A stretch of DNA of 64,000 bases from contig JAOZFN010000014.1 of NCBI GenBank assembly GCA_027492205.1, positions 32,001-96,000 on the forward strand, read 5' to 3'. Positions 1-9,760 of this stretch are shown here, piece by piece. The notes under the pieces are model-generated. The model searched no databases and had not been told where the DNA came from. It was given only the letters and a program-made list of their open reading frames with translations. The DNA comes from Thermoproteota archaeon (GTDB lineage Archaea > Korarchaeota > Korarchaeia > Korarchaeales > Korarchaeaceae). The translations under genes were made by a program, and so were the position numbers. How positions within the stretch are numbered: the first letter of the stretch is position 1; every line of letters starts with the position of its first letter.

Positions 1-3000
1 GACGCCTGGTGCGCCGGGAACCTACGAGCTGAGGGTTGAGGTGAATGACGAGTCCGGCGAGCTCGTGAAGGTCGAGACGTACGTGATAGAGGTCGCGGTG
101 CCCCCCCTCCCCGACCTGACCCTTGTGGATCTGCGGGTGCAGCCCAGCGAGTTCGGACCAGGCGACGCGGTCACGGTGTACGTTACCGTGGCCAACGTGG
201 GAGACGCCGAGTCTCCGTCTGCCCCCATAGCCGTCACGGAAGAGCCGACTGGGAGGGTCGTCTACTTCGGGGAGGTTGAACCGCTGCCGCCGGGAGGGGA
301 GGAGGTTCTCTCATTCGACTATCAGGTTCCTGGGGAGGAGGGCGAGTACTCGCTGGTGGTGAACCTCGATCCGGAGAATGAGATCGAGGAGAGTGACGAA
401 GACAACTCGTTTGGGTTTGAGTTCCCCGTGTCTCCAGCCGAGACCGAGGCCCCCCTACCTCCCCCGACTGAGACCGAGGCCCCAACCCAGCCTCCAACCA
501 GCCCGACCGCGCCGACCGAGACGGGGCGCCCACCTGCCGAGGAGGAGGGTGAGGTCCCCACGGCAGTCCTGGTGGTTGGGGCAGCCATAGCCGGCGCGGT
601 GGCGTCCTACCTGGCTTGGAGGTCCTTCTACTTCCCGACAGGGCCAGGAGAGGCGCCTGCCGCGCGCTGCTGCCTGGACTGGAACGTGAGGCCCGGGGGG
701 ACTATCTTGAAGACCGTGAAGCCCGTCCTTAGGTATGTGGAGGCTACTGAGGGCGGGCGCGGGGGGGAGACGCTGTACGTAAAGGCGCTCTTCGCTCCGA
801 TAGGCGGGTACCTTCCCCTGGTGGCTAAGTGCGTCAACGTGGACTGGGTAGATGCCAGGGGAATTCTGAAGGGCTGTGAAGGCGGCTCCGGCGGGGAGGC
901 TGGGGCAGTCCACGTGCCCATTCCGGAGAACGTCTCTTTCAGGTGGGAGATCTTGAGCGGTCCCGGCTACCTGCTCTCCACCCCCCCGCTATCTCACTCA
1001 CACTCGTCCGTGGCGGAGGGCCCAGCCGCGATCTACGTGGCCCCGCCGTTCGTGATGGAGGATCCCGGCAGGCGCATACGGGAGAGGATAAGGGAGGGAA
1101 GGGAGGCTCTCATCCGCCTGACCGTGGACGACCCGGAGGGTCAGCTGAAGGGACTCGACTCCCCCATCGAGGAGAGGCACTTCAGGATAGTCCTGGTGGG
1201 GCAGGGCCTCGCGCTGCGAGACCCGACCCTCAACGAGCCCCTGGACGAGTCTGACCTAGGCAGGTGGGCCGACTACTCAGAGGTTGGGGACGCCATCTCG
1301 CTCGACGAGTTCGACTGGATCAGGCCGGGGCGCACACCAGAACCTAGCTCCGGGGAGGTGAAGCGCATCGAGGCTCGGCTGGAGGAGGTTCGGAGGCGCA
1401 GGAGGGCGGAGGAGGAGGCCCTGAGGCAGAGAGAGGGGCTGCTCCGGGAGAAGAGGAGGGCGCTGGAGAGGGCCGAGAGGGAGCTCAGGAGGATGAACTC
1501 GGAGCTAGGGCGGGTGGAGGGGCAGCTGGAGGATCCGTGGAGGGCCTGGCGGGGCGCCAGGGGGGAGGCCCGCAGGCGCGTGGAGGGGAGGTACAAGCCC
1601 GAGATAGAGGAGCTCAGGAGGAAGAGGAGGGAGCTCTGGAGGTCGCACCTCGAGGAGGTTCGCAGGGCGAGGGAGGAGGGGAGGAGCGACGAGTACGTCA
1701 CGGAGCTCAACAGGAGGTTCGGAGAGCAGTCGGCTGAGATTGACCGAGAGATTGGAGGGCTGCTGCGGAGGATGGTGAGCGAGATAGGGGAGGCGCAGAG
1801 GGAGATCGGCCTTCCCTCCCAGCCAGGTCCCGGACTCGAGCGGCATCTAGAGTCGCTGAGGCGGAGGAGGGAGGAGCTGGCGAGGGCCCTCGACGGGAAG
1901 AGGAGGGAGGTTGAGGCCCTCAGGAGGGAGGTCGAGGAGCTCGAGGGGGCCGTAGAGGACCTCAGGGGGAGGGTCGAGGATCTCAGGTCGGAGGAGGAGG
2001 GTTGGCGCTCCTCCCTGGAGTCCGCCAAGGCGAGGGCTGGGGCCGAGGAGGAGTGCGGGCCGGCATTCGGGTGGGAGGACGCCAAGTCCATCGAGGGGGA
2101 GCTGCTGACGCCCCTCAGGTTGTACGACCGAGATTCGCTCGACTCGGAGTCTCCAACTCCGGAGAGATGTCAGATCGAGGTGAGGCCGAGGGAGATATTG
2201 ATACTGAGGGCCAGGGCTGAGGACGTGGACCGGCTGAGGCTGTGGATAGAGGACGGTCAGTCAGTCGAGTTGGAGGTCAAGGACTGGCTCAGGTTTGAGT
2301 GGTCTTCGAGGTGGGTGGACGGCGGCAGGCACGGCGTGGGGCCAGGGAAGTTCTTGGTGACGAGGGAGGGCGAGACCGTGATATTCCTGGCCCCGGAGGA
2401 GGAGGGAGACGTCGAGATAACCTGCGAGATATACGACAGCGGTATTCAGCATAGAGACGGCAGGCTGGAGAGGAGCACGAAGCTCCGGGTGAGGGGCCCA
2501 GACCCCCTGTCGTCCATCGAGGAGGGGCTGAAAGAGCTGGAGAAGATCATTCACCGGCCCAGCGAGGGGGAGTGGGAGAGACCCGACTACGACCGCAGGC
2601 CCAGCGAGAGGCTGGGGGATTTGGAGAGGTGGATGGTAATCGACGCCCGCACAACCAGGCACTGTCTCGAGCAGGTGACCGAGGAGTGCTCGTACAACCT
2701 GAGGGTGCTCTGGTGGTCAGACCTCCTCTGGAACGTCGGGAACGCCTTGCTTGCCGTCGCGTCGATAGGGGCGGCCATAGCCACCACCGCAAGCGCGGTC
2801 GGAAGGGTCGCCGCGGCCCCGAAGCTTCGAGACGTCATATTCACCTGGCTGTCGACCTCGGCCGGCGCCGCCTCCACCGCAACCGCGCTCGTCCCCTACA
2901 GGTGGGACCTCTCCACGCTTCAGGGGAAGTTGACCAAGGGCGCCATCTCTGCCTATCGTGATTGGGTAAAGGGCCTTGGAGAGAAGGCGAGGTGGCTTGG

Positions 3001-3484
3001 CCCGGCCGTACCAGCTGAGGAGCTCGAGGCCCCTCCATGCGAGCCCAGAGTGAGATCGCTCGAGAGGGAAGTTCACGGGGCCCTCAGAGTCGCGAAGGGG
3101 ACCGCACAATCCATCTGGAACACTTACGTTGACACCACTCAGAAGATCACGAGGGGGATTAATGAGGCTTTAGACCGCGCCTCGAAGGTTGAGGCGTCGT
3201 GCGTCTTGGTCCGCCACTTCGTCCAGAACCTCGTCTTCCTGCTGAGCCTGATTCGACCCCCAAGCGAACTCCTCTCGCGCCTGAGGAGGCTGCTCGAGGG
3301 CGCCGAGTGGGACAGCCTGAGGGAGGCGCTGTCACCCCTCGCCCGGATAATCTCTCAGGAGAGGGAATCTCTCACGATCTCAGGCCTCATAGACGTCCTG
3401 ACGGAGGCCAAGGGTATCTTCGACGAAGAGCTGCGTCGTCAGGAGGACATATTTCTCGGCCTGGAGAGGCTCGGGGTCCGCTAA
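1..3484 (+). CDS. Large type-I membrane protein, 5'-truncated: CARDB/Ig domain, Pro/Thr linker, TM helix, Ig-like domain, long coiled coil, second Ig-like domain, helical C-terminus
   Basis: The frame is open from base 2 (TPGAPGTYELRVEV). CARDB signature PDLTLVDLRVQP...VTVANVG...DPENEIEESDEDN, PT-rich linker, TM VLVVGAAIAGAVASYLAW, and roughly 230 aa of E/R heptads. Confidence 0.8.
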   Translation, partial: TPGAPGTYELRVEVNDESGELVKVETYVIEVAVPPLPDLTLVDLRVQPSEFGPGDAVTVYVTVANVGDAESPSAPIAVTEEPTGRVVYFGEVEPLPPGGEEVLSFDYQVPGEEGEYSLVVNLDPENEIEESDEDNSFGFEFPVSPAETEAPLPPPTETEAPTQPPTSPTAPTETGRPPAEEEGEVPTAVLVVGAAIAGAVASYLAWRSFYFPTGPGEAPAARCCLDWNVRPGGTILKTVKPVLRYVEATEGGRGGETLYVKALFAPIGGYLPLVAKCVNVDWVDARGILKGCEGGSGGEAGAVHVPIPENVSFRWEILSGPGYLLSTPPLSHSHSSVAEGPAAIYVAPPFVMEDPGRRIRERIREGREALIRLTVDDPEGQLKGLDSPIEERHFRIVLVGQGLALRDPTLNEPLDESDLGRWADYSEVGDAISLDEFDWIRPGRTPEPSSGEVKRIEARLEEVRRRRRAEEEALRQREGLLREKRRALERAERELRRMNSELGRVEGQLEDPWRAWRGARGEARRRVEGRYKPEIEELRRKRRELWRSHLEEVRRAREEGRSDEYVTELNRRFGEQSAEIDREIGGLLRRMVSEIGEAQREIGLPSQPGPGLERHLESLRRRREELARALDGKRREVEALRREVEELEGAVEDLRGRVEDLRSEEEGWRSSLESAKARAGAEEECGPAFGWEDAKSIEGELLTPLRLYDRDSLDSESPTPERCQIEVRPREILILRARAEDVDRLRLWIEDGQSVELEVKDWLRFEWSSRWVDGGRHGVGPGKFLVTREGETVIFLAPEEEGDVEITCEIYDSGIQHRDGRLERSTKLRVRGPDPLSSIEEGLKELEKIIHRPSEGEWERPDYDRRPSERLGDLERWMVIDARTTRHCLEQVTEECSYNLRVLWWSDLLWNVGNALLAVASIGAAIATTASAVGRVAAAPKLRDVIFTWLSTSAGAASTATALVPYRWDLSTLQGKLTKGAISAYRDWVKGLGEKARWLGPAVPAEELEAPPCEPRVRSLEREVHGALRVAKGTAQSIWNTYVDTTQKITRGINEALDRASKVEASCVLVRHFVQNLVFLLSLIRPPSELLSRLRRLLEGAEWDSLREALSPLARIISQERESLTISGLIDVLTEAKGIFDEELRRQEDIFLGLERLGVR

Positions 3485-3594
3485 CTACAAGTTCTGAGAC
3501 GGCCTCGCGCGTCGCAGGCCGAGGGCCGGCCACCAAAATGCGCTAAATCCAAACGTCGATGGACTTCAGACCGCCTGCGCGATGGAGCCCGGGG

Positions 3595-3936
3595 TCACCT
3601 TACCCTCACCCTCCTCCTAACGAACCGGAGATACCACCTCTCTTCCTCAGGCGTGATAAGGTGAATTTCGAGCGGGGCGTGAAGGCCGACCTCGCTTTGA
3701 ATCTCTGACACGAGCTTGGACCTCTCGCTCAGCCTCCTCGGCGCTGAACCCGAGACTATCATCACATCGATGTCGCTGGAGGGAGTGTCTCTACCCTCGA
3801 CGATTGATCCGAAGACGTAGACCCTCACCTCCCCCAGGAGGCGCTCCGCCGCCTCCTTAACTGCCCTGGCCAACCTCATGTAGTCTCTCCTGCACCTCTC
3901 CTCCTCTCTAACGAGGTCTATGAGATGCTCAAACAT
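3595..3936 (-). CDS. Minimal nucleotidyltransferase (MNT antitoxin-like)
   Basis: VYVFGSIVEGRDTPSSDIDV matches GS-x10-DxD; overlaps the upstream HEPN gene. Confidence 0.9.
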   Translation of the reverse strand: MFEHLIDLVREEERCRRDYMRLARAVKEAAERLLGEVRVYVFGSIVEGRDTPSSDIDVMIVSGSAPRRLSERSKLVSEIQSEVGLHAPLEIHLITPEEERWYLRFVRRRVRVR

Positions 3937-4312
3937 CTTTCCACCAGCCCGAATATGGCCAACGTGACTTCTCGGAGTTCTCGACCTCCTCCTTTAGGAA
4001 CTCGGCCGGAAGGTATCTGGAGGTCATGTAGGCATTCTCGAGGTTGGAGATCCTGTCTATGTTCTCCCTCAGGAACCTTAAGATGTCCTGGTCGTCCGTG
4101 ACTCTGGAGAGGAGCCTGAGCAGCCTCTTTATGGAGTGGGTTCTAGGGTAGTCCCCAGCCTTCCTGAATAGCGCGTACTTCAGGATTAGTTCTGCGGCCT
4201 GGTGGAAGTTAAAGGCCGCAAGGTCAAGCAGGCCCTCGTCTAGAAGCTTCCCTCCGACCTCTAAGAACTTTGCTGCCCTCTCTCTGAGAAACTCGCCTTC
4301 TTCCTTCCTCAT
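3918..4312 (-). CDS. HEPN domain protein, probably with a 1-nt frameshift near 3978
   Basis: AAFNFHQAAELILK, YPRTHSI and LENAYMTSRY motifs. The expected C-terminal helix LREVTLAIFGLVERCLSIS* lies in the adjacent frame and ends at 3918; the ORF track ends at 3929. Confidence 0.85.
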
Positions 4313-4524
4313 CTCAAGGACAAGGGGTTCTGCCTAAGTTTTATCCCTTTACATCGCGTTCACGAGCCGGACTGTGGGGGGAGGGTCTGCCCAGATGGCG
4401 CCGGGAGAACCTCAACGGGAAAAATCGCCCTGGGTGCGTCCGATGTATCTAATCTAGTAGGAAGACTGTCCCCTCCCAGGGGCACTCGAGTCAGATCGCT
4501 CAAGTGATGACATTGGTCCACTCT

Positions 4525-4762
4525 GAGGCCCGTGGGTCCACTGAAAGCCGAGTCAACCGCCAACGACGGCGCGGCCACGCCGAAGTATATTGGCGGCTTC
4601 GGCGAATCTCCTCCAGAAGGAGCCTCCTTCACCACCGATACGAAGAATGTAAACGGGAGTACGACTGGCGGGGCATCGAGCAGCGCCAGGACGAGGGCAG
4701 GCTCGTATCTAGAGACTGAAAGAAGGGCGCCACGAGCCTCGTGTTACGCCGTGCTCAGCCGG
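4525..4762 (-). pseudogene. Degenerate, internally deleted remnant of the VIT1/CCC1 gene at 14706-15566
   Basis: Colinear DNA similarity to 14706-14920, followed by an exact 20-mer GCCACGAGCCTCGTGTTACG at 4729-4748 that equals 15067-15086. Confidence 0.75.
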
Positions 4763-5127
4763 CCAACGCGCCCTCCCCCCTCTCCGGCGGACCGTATCAG
4801 ACGTCGTGGGTGTCTGAACCCCCCGGACCCCCTGGGTGCCTGAGGGACGTGGGGGAGGTACACGAGGTGGGGGCTGACGCCAGATGCGATGTTCGAGGGA
4901 TTGGGGGGGCGGGGGTTGACTGAACCCCAGACTCCCTCCGGCAGAGCCGCTCTGGGCGACCGCGTTGCGCGGCCTCAACCGGCCCGAGCGGAATCGGTCC
5001 GCGCAGGGAGGCGGGGCCCGGTCGCCGAGATCCCAACGGCGTCTCCGCGCCCCACCGGGTCGCCCCCTACCGCCCCCAGGTCTCGAATTCCCGGGAGGAC
5101 GCTCACCCCGGCACCAGGGCAAAGCTT

Positions 5128-5940
5128 ATGAGTCAGGAGGGTGAGATAGGCTATCCGATGGGGCGCAGGCGCTCAGGGAGGGCTAGGAAGCGCGGTGGGA
5201 GGGGCCCAGGCGCGAAGAGGGCCGCGCTGATCCTGTCAATCGCGATCGCCCTCTCGGCCACGATCTACGTGGCCCGCAGGCCGGCCGCCGGGGGTCTCGC
5301 TCCCGGGAGGAGGGCGGCCCTGATCGACGGCCTGAGCGTCGACTATCCGAACCCGGAGTTTGAGAGGGAGGCCGTCTCAATCCTGAGGGGGATGGGGTTC
5401 GAGGTCGACGTGTACAACGGCTCGGAGGTGACCGTGGACCTCTACAGGAGGCTGCCGGCGATGGGCTACGACCTCGTCATCCTGAGGGTCCACGCCGCCC
5501 CCATGGACTCCGGCGGGGGCGTCGCCCTATTCACGGCCGAGCCATGCGACAGGACCTCCTACCTGACTGAGAGGCTGGTGGGGTGGGTGAGGAACGCCAG
5601 GACCCTGGACGAGCGGAAGTGCTACCTGGCCGTGACCCCGGACTTCATAGTCGAGGGCACGGAGGGGGCCTTCGACGGGGCCGCGGTGGTGGTGTCCAGC
5701 TGCTTCGGGTCCATCGACGAGGTGACGGCCAGGGCCTTCTTCCTCCGGGGCGCCTCCACCTTCGTTGGGTGGGACGGGTACGTCGGCCCCGGGCACACCG
5801 ACCGGGCCATCCTGAGCCTGCTGAGCGCCCTGGCCTCAGGCTCGGACATCGAGGGGGCCGTGGGCCGGGCGATGTCGGAGGTTGGGGGGGACCCGGCCTA
5901 CAACTCGACCCTGAGGCTGATAACCAGGGGAGGGGGGTGA
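5128..5940 (+). CDS. Membrane-anchored hypothetical protein with possible caspase/gingipain-like His-Cys fold (start may be 5158)
   Basis: Basic N-terminus, one TM helix, then LVILRVHA and VVVSSCFG motifs at the ends of predicted strands. Confidence 0.6.
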   Translation: MSQEGEIGYPMGRRRSGRARKRGGRGPGAKRAALILSIAIALSATIYVARRPAAGGLAPGRRAALIDGLSVDYPNPEFEREAVSILRGMGFEVDVYNGSEVTVDLYRRLPAMGYDLVILRVHAAPMDSGGGVALFTAEPCDRTSYLTERLVGWVRNARTLDERKCYLAVTPDFIVEGTEGAFDGAAVVVSSCFGSIDEVTARAFFLRGASTFVGWDGYVGPGHTDRAILSLLSALASGSDIEGAVGRAMSEVGGDPAYNSTLRLITRGGG

Positions 5941-5974
5941 GGGGCCGGCCGGCCAGCTGGCCAGCCGGGCGGGC

Positions 5975-8908
5975 TCAGCCCCTCGGTCGACGGGCCCAAG
6001 CGAGGGCGATCAGGAGGGAGGCCAGCGCCGCGGCCGAGGCCGCCCAACCTGGCGGGATCCCCTCCAGCCTGCCCCCGACGGCGGCAGCGGCCCAGTTGTT
6101 GTTCCTACCCAGGCTGTCCACGGCCTCGTACCCGGAGCACACGAAGTCGTCGGTGTCCACTGTTATCGGTCCGGGGGCCGTGTCCGAGGTCGTCAGCTCC
6201 CAGTCGAGGCCCGAGTCCGATACTTTTCCGTTTGGCGTCAGGGAGATGCTCTGCATTCTGGGGGCCCCGCCTGGGGCGTTGTTTCCGTCCCACATCCCCG
6301 GGGGAGGCGCGTCCTTGAGCCCCCCATCCGACCCGTAGGCCACGTAGTCCACGACCCTCCCCTCCGAGTCGAGGAGCCACAGGTCGTCGCCGTCGTTGTT
6401 GAGGAGGCACCTGCACCCCCTACCATCGTTTATCCTGTACTGCCCGTCGGCCCAGGGGGCGTCTCCGGTCTGGCCTATCCACACGATCACGTAGTCCCCC
6501 CGGTGGTATACGGAGCCGCTGGGGAAGGTGAACTCAAAGTGCCCGCTGCACTCCAGGCCCTCGCTACCATCGGTCAGCGTCCACCCGGAGATGTCCACGT
6601 CGCCGTTGAAGTAGAGCTCGATCGACTCGTTGTTGTCCCAGCAGGAGCACTGACTGTAGAGGATCTCGTTTATCACGACCTCACCGGCGTGGGGGGACTC
6701 CTCTACCTGCCTGAAGGTCACCCTGGCGTACTGGTACCTGTAGGCGCCGGACCTGGGCGGGGACTCCGTTGCGCCGCCGGACTCGGCTGGCGGGCTTGGA
6801 TAGTCTCCGTCCCAGGAGTAGAGTTCGTAGACCGGTAGGGAGCCGGGTATCCTGAACTCGTGCACGTTGTAGTTCTTGTACTCCCCAGAGGAGGTTATCT
6901 CCTCCTCCACTATCCAGAACCACGTTGTCACGTCGTCGTAGTCGAAGCCCGAAGGCCCGTACCTCCCCTGGGAATCGTAGGTTGAGGAGGTGTAGTCAGC
7001 CACCCAGTCATCATCGTCCCTGAGCACCTCCACAGTCACGCCCAGCACGGGATTCCCGCCTGGATCCTCGACCCTCACGTAGCCGAACCAGACCTTCCTA
7101 GCGTCCCCCTGGGAGTTGCCGGAGATCTGGTTGTCGGCCTTAGCCGGGTCTCGGAGGTCGTCCAAAGTAGCCCACGGGGTATCTATGATGTATATCCCGT
7201 ACTCGCCGTTATTCTCTATCCTGTTGCCGTAGATCCCGTAGCCGTCGGGGTCGGTGGGCTGAGAGAGGACGTCGTCATCGCATGTCGAGGGGCTCAGGGC
7301 TTGGTGGCCAGTACCCTCGTAGCCCCAGAAGGGCTCTATCCTGATCCCGCTCAAGTCGTTGTCGGTGATATTATTCTTATCGTGAACCTCGCCAGTGGAA
7401 CCTATCCAGTAGATCCCGTTTCCGGAGTTGTAGGTCACGTTATTCCTGTATACGTCGAAGTTGGTGGTCCATATGAGGATGATGCCGTTTCCACGGTTCC
7501 CCGTCACGTTGTTGTGGTGTATCTCGGCGCCGGAGGGTCCCTCGTGGTAATACGCAGGGTCCCTGGCGTATACTGGGAACGGGAAGGTCACGCGGGGGTG
7601 GGCCTCGCTCACCACGGCTATCCCGGCTCCGTTGCCGTCATTCCTGTTGCCCGTGTAGCCGCCGGAGGAGTCGAAGGCCCCCACCCTGTTGTATGAGATC
7701 TCGTTCCCGTCGGTGCCCCCTCCGTACACGGCTATGCCCTCATACTTGTGACCCGCCACGATGTTCCAGCCGGTGGGATCTCCGCCTATGACGTTGTTGG
7801 ATGCGCCCTCGCTGACCACAATGCCTATGTAGCATTGAGGATCTGTCAGAGTGGGATTGCAGTGCACGTAATTACCGATCAGAACGTTGGAGTCGGTTCT
7901 ATCACCCACCAGTGCGATGTTCTGGTAGTAGTGCCAGGCGACCTCGTTGTGCTTCACCTGGTTGCCGTGCGCCCCGGACGCCAAGACTATTCCCCCATCC
8001 CCCTTGGGCCCAGCGCCATCCCCGTTGGGGGCCATTCCCCCGCTTTGATCCACCCCCACCTTGTTGTAGTAGACATTGCAGTCGTGGACATTCCCGCTAA
8101 GCAGTATGCCCTCTGCTCCGTTGGAGTACACGTAGTTGCCTGAATTACTGTCCGAGGGATCTCCCACATTCACGTTGTAGAGTTCCACCCCTGAGGCCGT
8201 CCCGTCCAGCCATATACCCTGTTGTCCGTTGCTGTGGATGCTACCCTCGACGATCGTCACCGCGCTGCCTCCACTCGATCCAGAGACGCCAACGTAGACT
8301 CCCTGCTTGTTGTTATCGTGGACTTCCGCGGATTCCAGCCGAACCTCGCTGTTTGCGTATGATGTAGAGTATATAGAGATGCCTACGTCGGAGTACCTCA
8401 CCTCCACATCGTGCACGTATACCTGGCCCTGCGGCGTCACGGCGAAGGAGTAGGAGACGAACCTCTCGAAGACCAGATTCATGATCTCGATATCGGGATC
8501 TATGCCTGATCCATCCCAGGCTATCACGTTAAACGCGTGATCAACATCTGACGCCTCATCGCCGTCGTAGTCCCCAGAGATCACGATCCTGTCATCGCCG
8601 TCAATGATCATAGGACACGTCAGGTCGGGGAGCGGACCCAACGTCGGGTTCAGCCTCACCGTCCCCGAGAGCGATGGATCAAACTCTATGACGTCAACGG
8701 CATCCCAGCAGTTCGCTTGGGCTGCGTCTATAGCCTCCCTGAGGGTGCAGTCTCCGAAGGGTGCAGCGTCGCAGGAGCCGTCGTCGTGGTCGTCCAGGGT
8801 GTTCACAGTGTACGTGCCCGGCGAGGCTTGGGCCGGGGCGGGGTATGTCACCAGGGCCACAACCAACACGACCACTAATGGGAGAGCGAGGCGCCTGGCG
8901 AGGGCCAC
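5975..8908 (-). CDS. Cell-surface protein: CSLREA domain, right-handed beta-helix, lamin-tail domain, C-terminal anchor
   Basis: Signal peptide; YTVNTLDDHDDGSCD...CTLREAIDAA; many N/G-I-x-L parallel beta-helix repeats; LTD motif VVINEILY...IELY...DISGWTLTDG; TM followed by RRPRG. Confidence 0.9.
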   Translation of the reverse strand: MALARRLALPLVVVLVVALVTYPAPAQASPGTYTVNTLDDHDDGSCDAAPFGDCTLREAIDAAQANCWDAVDVIEFDPSLSGTVRLNPTLGPLPDLTCPMIIDGDDRIVISGDYDGDEASDVDHAFNVIAWDGSGIDPDIEIMNLVFERFVSYSFAVTPQGQVYVHDVEVRYSDVGISIYSTSYANSEVRLESAEVHDNNKQGVYVGVSGSSGGSAVTIVEGSIHSNGQQGIWLDGTASGVELYNVNVGDPSDSNSGNYVYSNGAEGILLSGNVHDCNVYYNKVGVDQSGGMAPNGDGAGPKGDGGIVLASGAHGNQVKHNEVAWHYYQNIALVGDRTDSNVLIGNYVHCNPTLTDPQCYIGIVVSEGASNNVIGGDPTGWNIVAGHKYEGIAVYGGGTDGNEISYNRVGAFDSSGGYTGNRNDGNGAGIAVVSEAHPRVTFPFPVYARDPAYYHEGPSGAEIHHNNVTGNRGNGIILIWTTNFDVYRNNVTYNSGNGIYWIGSTGEVHDKNNITDNDLSGIRIEPFWGYEGTGHQALSPSTCDDDVLSQPTDPDGYGIYGNRIENNGEYGIYIIDTPWATLDDLRDPAKADNQISGNSQGDARKVWFGYVRVEDPGGNPVLGVTVEVLRDDDDWVADYTSSTYDSQGRYGPSGFDYDDVTTWFWIVEEEITSSGEYKNYNVHEFRIPGSLPVYELYSWDGDYPSPPAESGGATESPPRSGAYRYQYARVTFRQVEESPHAGEVVINEILYSQCSCWDNNESIELYFNGDVDISGWTLTDGSEGLECSGHFEFTFPSGSVYHRGDYVIVWIGQTGDAPWADGQYRINDGRGCRCLLNNDGDDLWLLDSEGRVVDYVAYGSDGGLKDAPPPGMWDGNNAPGGAPRMQSISLTPNGKVSDSGLDWELTTSDTAPGPITVDTDDFVCSGYEAVDSLGRNNNWAAAAVGGRLEGIPPGWAASAAALASLLIALAWARRPRG

Positions 8909-8931
8909 GCTGACCCGGCCGCAGGGTCACC

Positions 8932-8938
8932 AAAAAAA
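8932..8938 (-). promoter_or_regulatory. T-rich TATA-like box for a leaderless transcript of the CSLREA gene
   Basis: TTTTTTT on the minus strand 24-30 nt upstream of the GTG at 8908. Similar spacing recurs at other genes in the window. Confidence 0.5.
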
Positions 8939-9034
8939 TTGTGGCGCCCGCCGCTAACGATCCCGGGTCCACCGGCTTCTGGAAAGGGTTTGAAGGAGCC
9001 GAGAACTCGGCAGGTTACCCCTGACAGAAAAACC

Positions 9035-9760
9035 TCAGAAGGCCGGCCTGATCTCCACTCCCAGCTCTTTGGCCGACTCGCGGGCGGACTCGTCTATCAG
9101 GCCCCCTACTATCACCAGCCTCGGCCTGACCCCCTCCGCGCGCTCGTAGAGGAGGCCAATCCTGTGGAGCTCGGCCACGTCCCCCCTGGAGACCCTCGAC
9201 TTCACCTCTATCAGGATGTGCTCCCCGTCCCTCACCAGGGCGTCCACCTCGACCTCCGCCGGGTGACCGTACACCAAACCGTCCGGGTCCCTCAGCCTGA
9301 GCCTTGTCACCTCGGCCACCCCGAAGACCTCCTGCAACACGAACCTGAGGCCCTCCCTGAAGGAGGCCTCCGAGATCACGCCGAACCTGTGGGCTATGAC
9401 CGCCATGAGCCTCCTCCCCCTCGCCAGCTCCTCCTCCAGCTTCAGCTGCCTCTCCTCCAGGTCCGCGAAGCGCTCCTCCAGCCTGGCCATCCTCTCCTCC
9501 AGCTTCAGCTGCCTCTCCTCCAGGTCCGCGAAGCGCTCCTCCAGCCTGGCCATCCTCTCCTCCAGCTTCAGCTGCCTCTCCTCCAGGTCCGCGAAGCGCT
9601 CCTCCAGCCTGGCCATCCTCTCGTCGACGGCCGAGAACCTACGGAGGATCTCCTCGTACCCGATCAGCCCGGCCACGGAGTACCTGAACGCCTCGTCCTC
9701 CCTGAGGGCCCTCAGCACCTTCCTCTTCTCCTCCTCGGTGAGGGACATCCCGTGACTCAC
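9035..9760 (-). CDS. Coiled-coil plus PD-(D/E)xK nuclease-like protein (DUF3782/DUF1626-type)
   Basis: EDEAFRYSVAGLIG N-terminus, heptad repeats, RFGVISEASFREGL, EVEVDALV...LIEVKS, and GDVAELHRIGLLYE. Confidence 0.85.
   Translation of the reverse strand: MSHGMSLTEEEKRKVLRALREDEAFRYSVAGLIGYEEILRRFSAVDERMARLEERFADLEERQLKLEERMARLEERFADLEERQLKLEERMARLEERFADLEERQLKLEEELARGRRLMAVIAHRFGVISEASFREGLRFVLQEVFGVAEVTRLRLRDPDGLVYGHPAEVEVDALVRDGEHILIEVKSRVSRGDVAELHRIGLLYERAEGVRPRLVIVGGLIDESARESAKELGVEIRPAF
9431..9622. repeat. Three perfect tandem copies of a 63-bp coding repeat (21 aa, ERMARLEERFADLEERQLKLE)
   Basis: Units begin at 9431, 9494 and 9557. Confidence 0.95.

Noticed and set aside
4492-4544. 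GTGATGA-12nt-CTGA...CTGA resembling a second C/D sRNA
   Set aside because: Only one complete box pair; no properly spaced second C/C' box or terminal stem; overlaps the VIT remnant.
9431-9622. Regular repeat that could be taken for a CRISPR array
   Set aside because: No spacers; it is an in-frame coding repeat and no cas genes are present.
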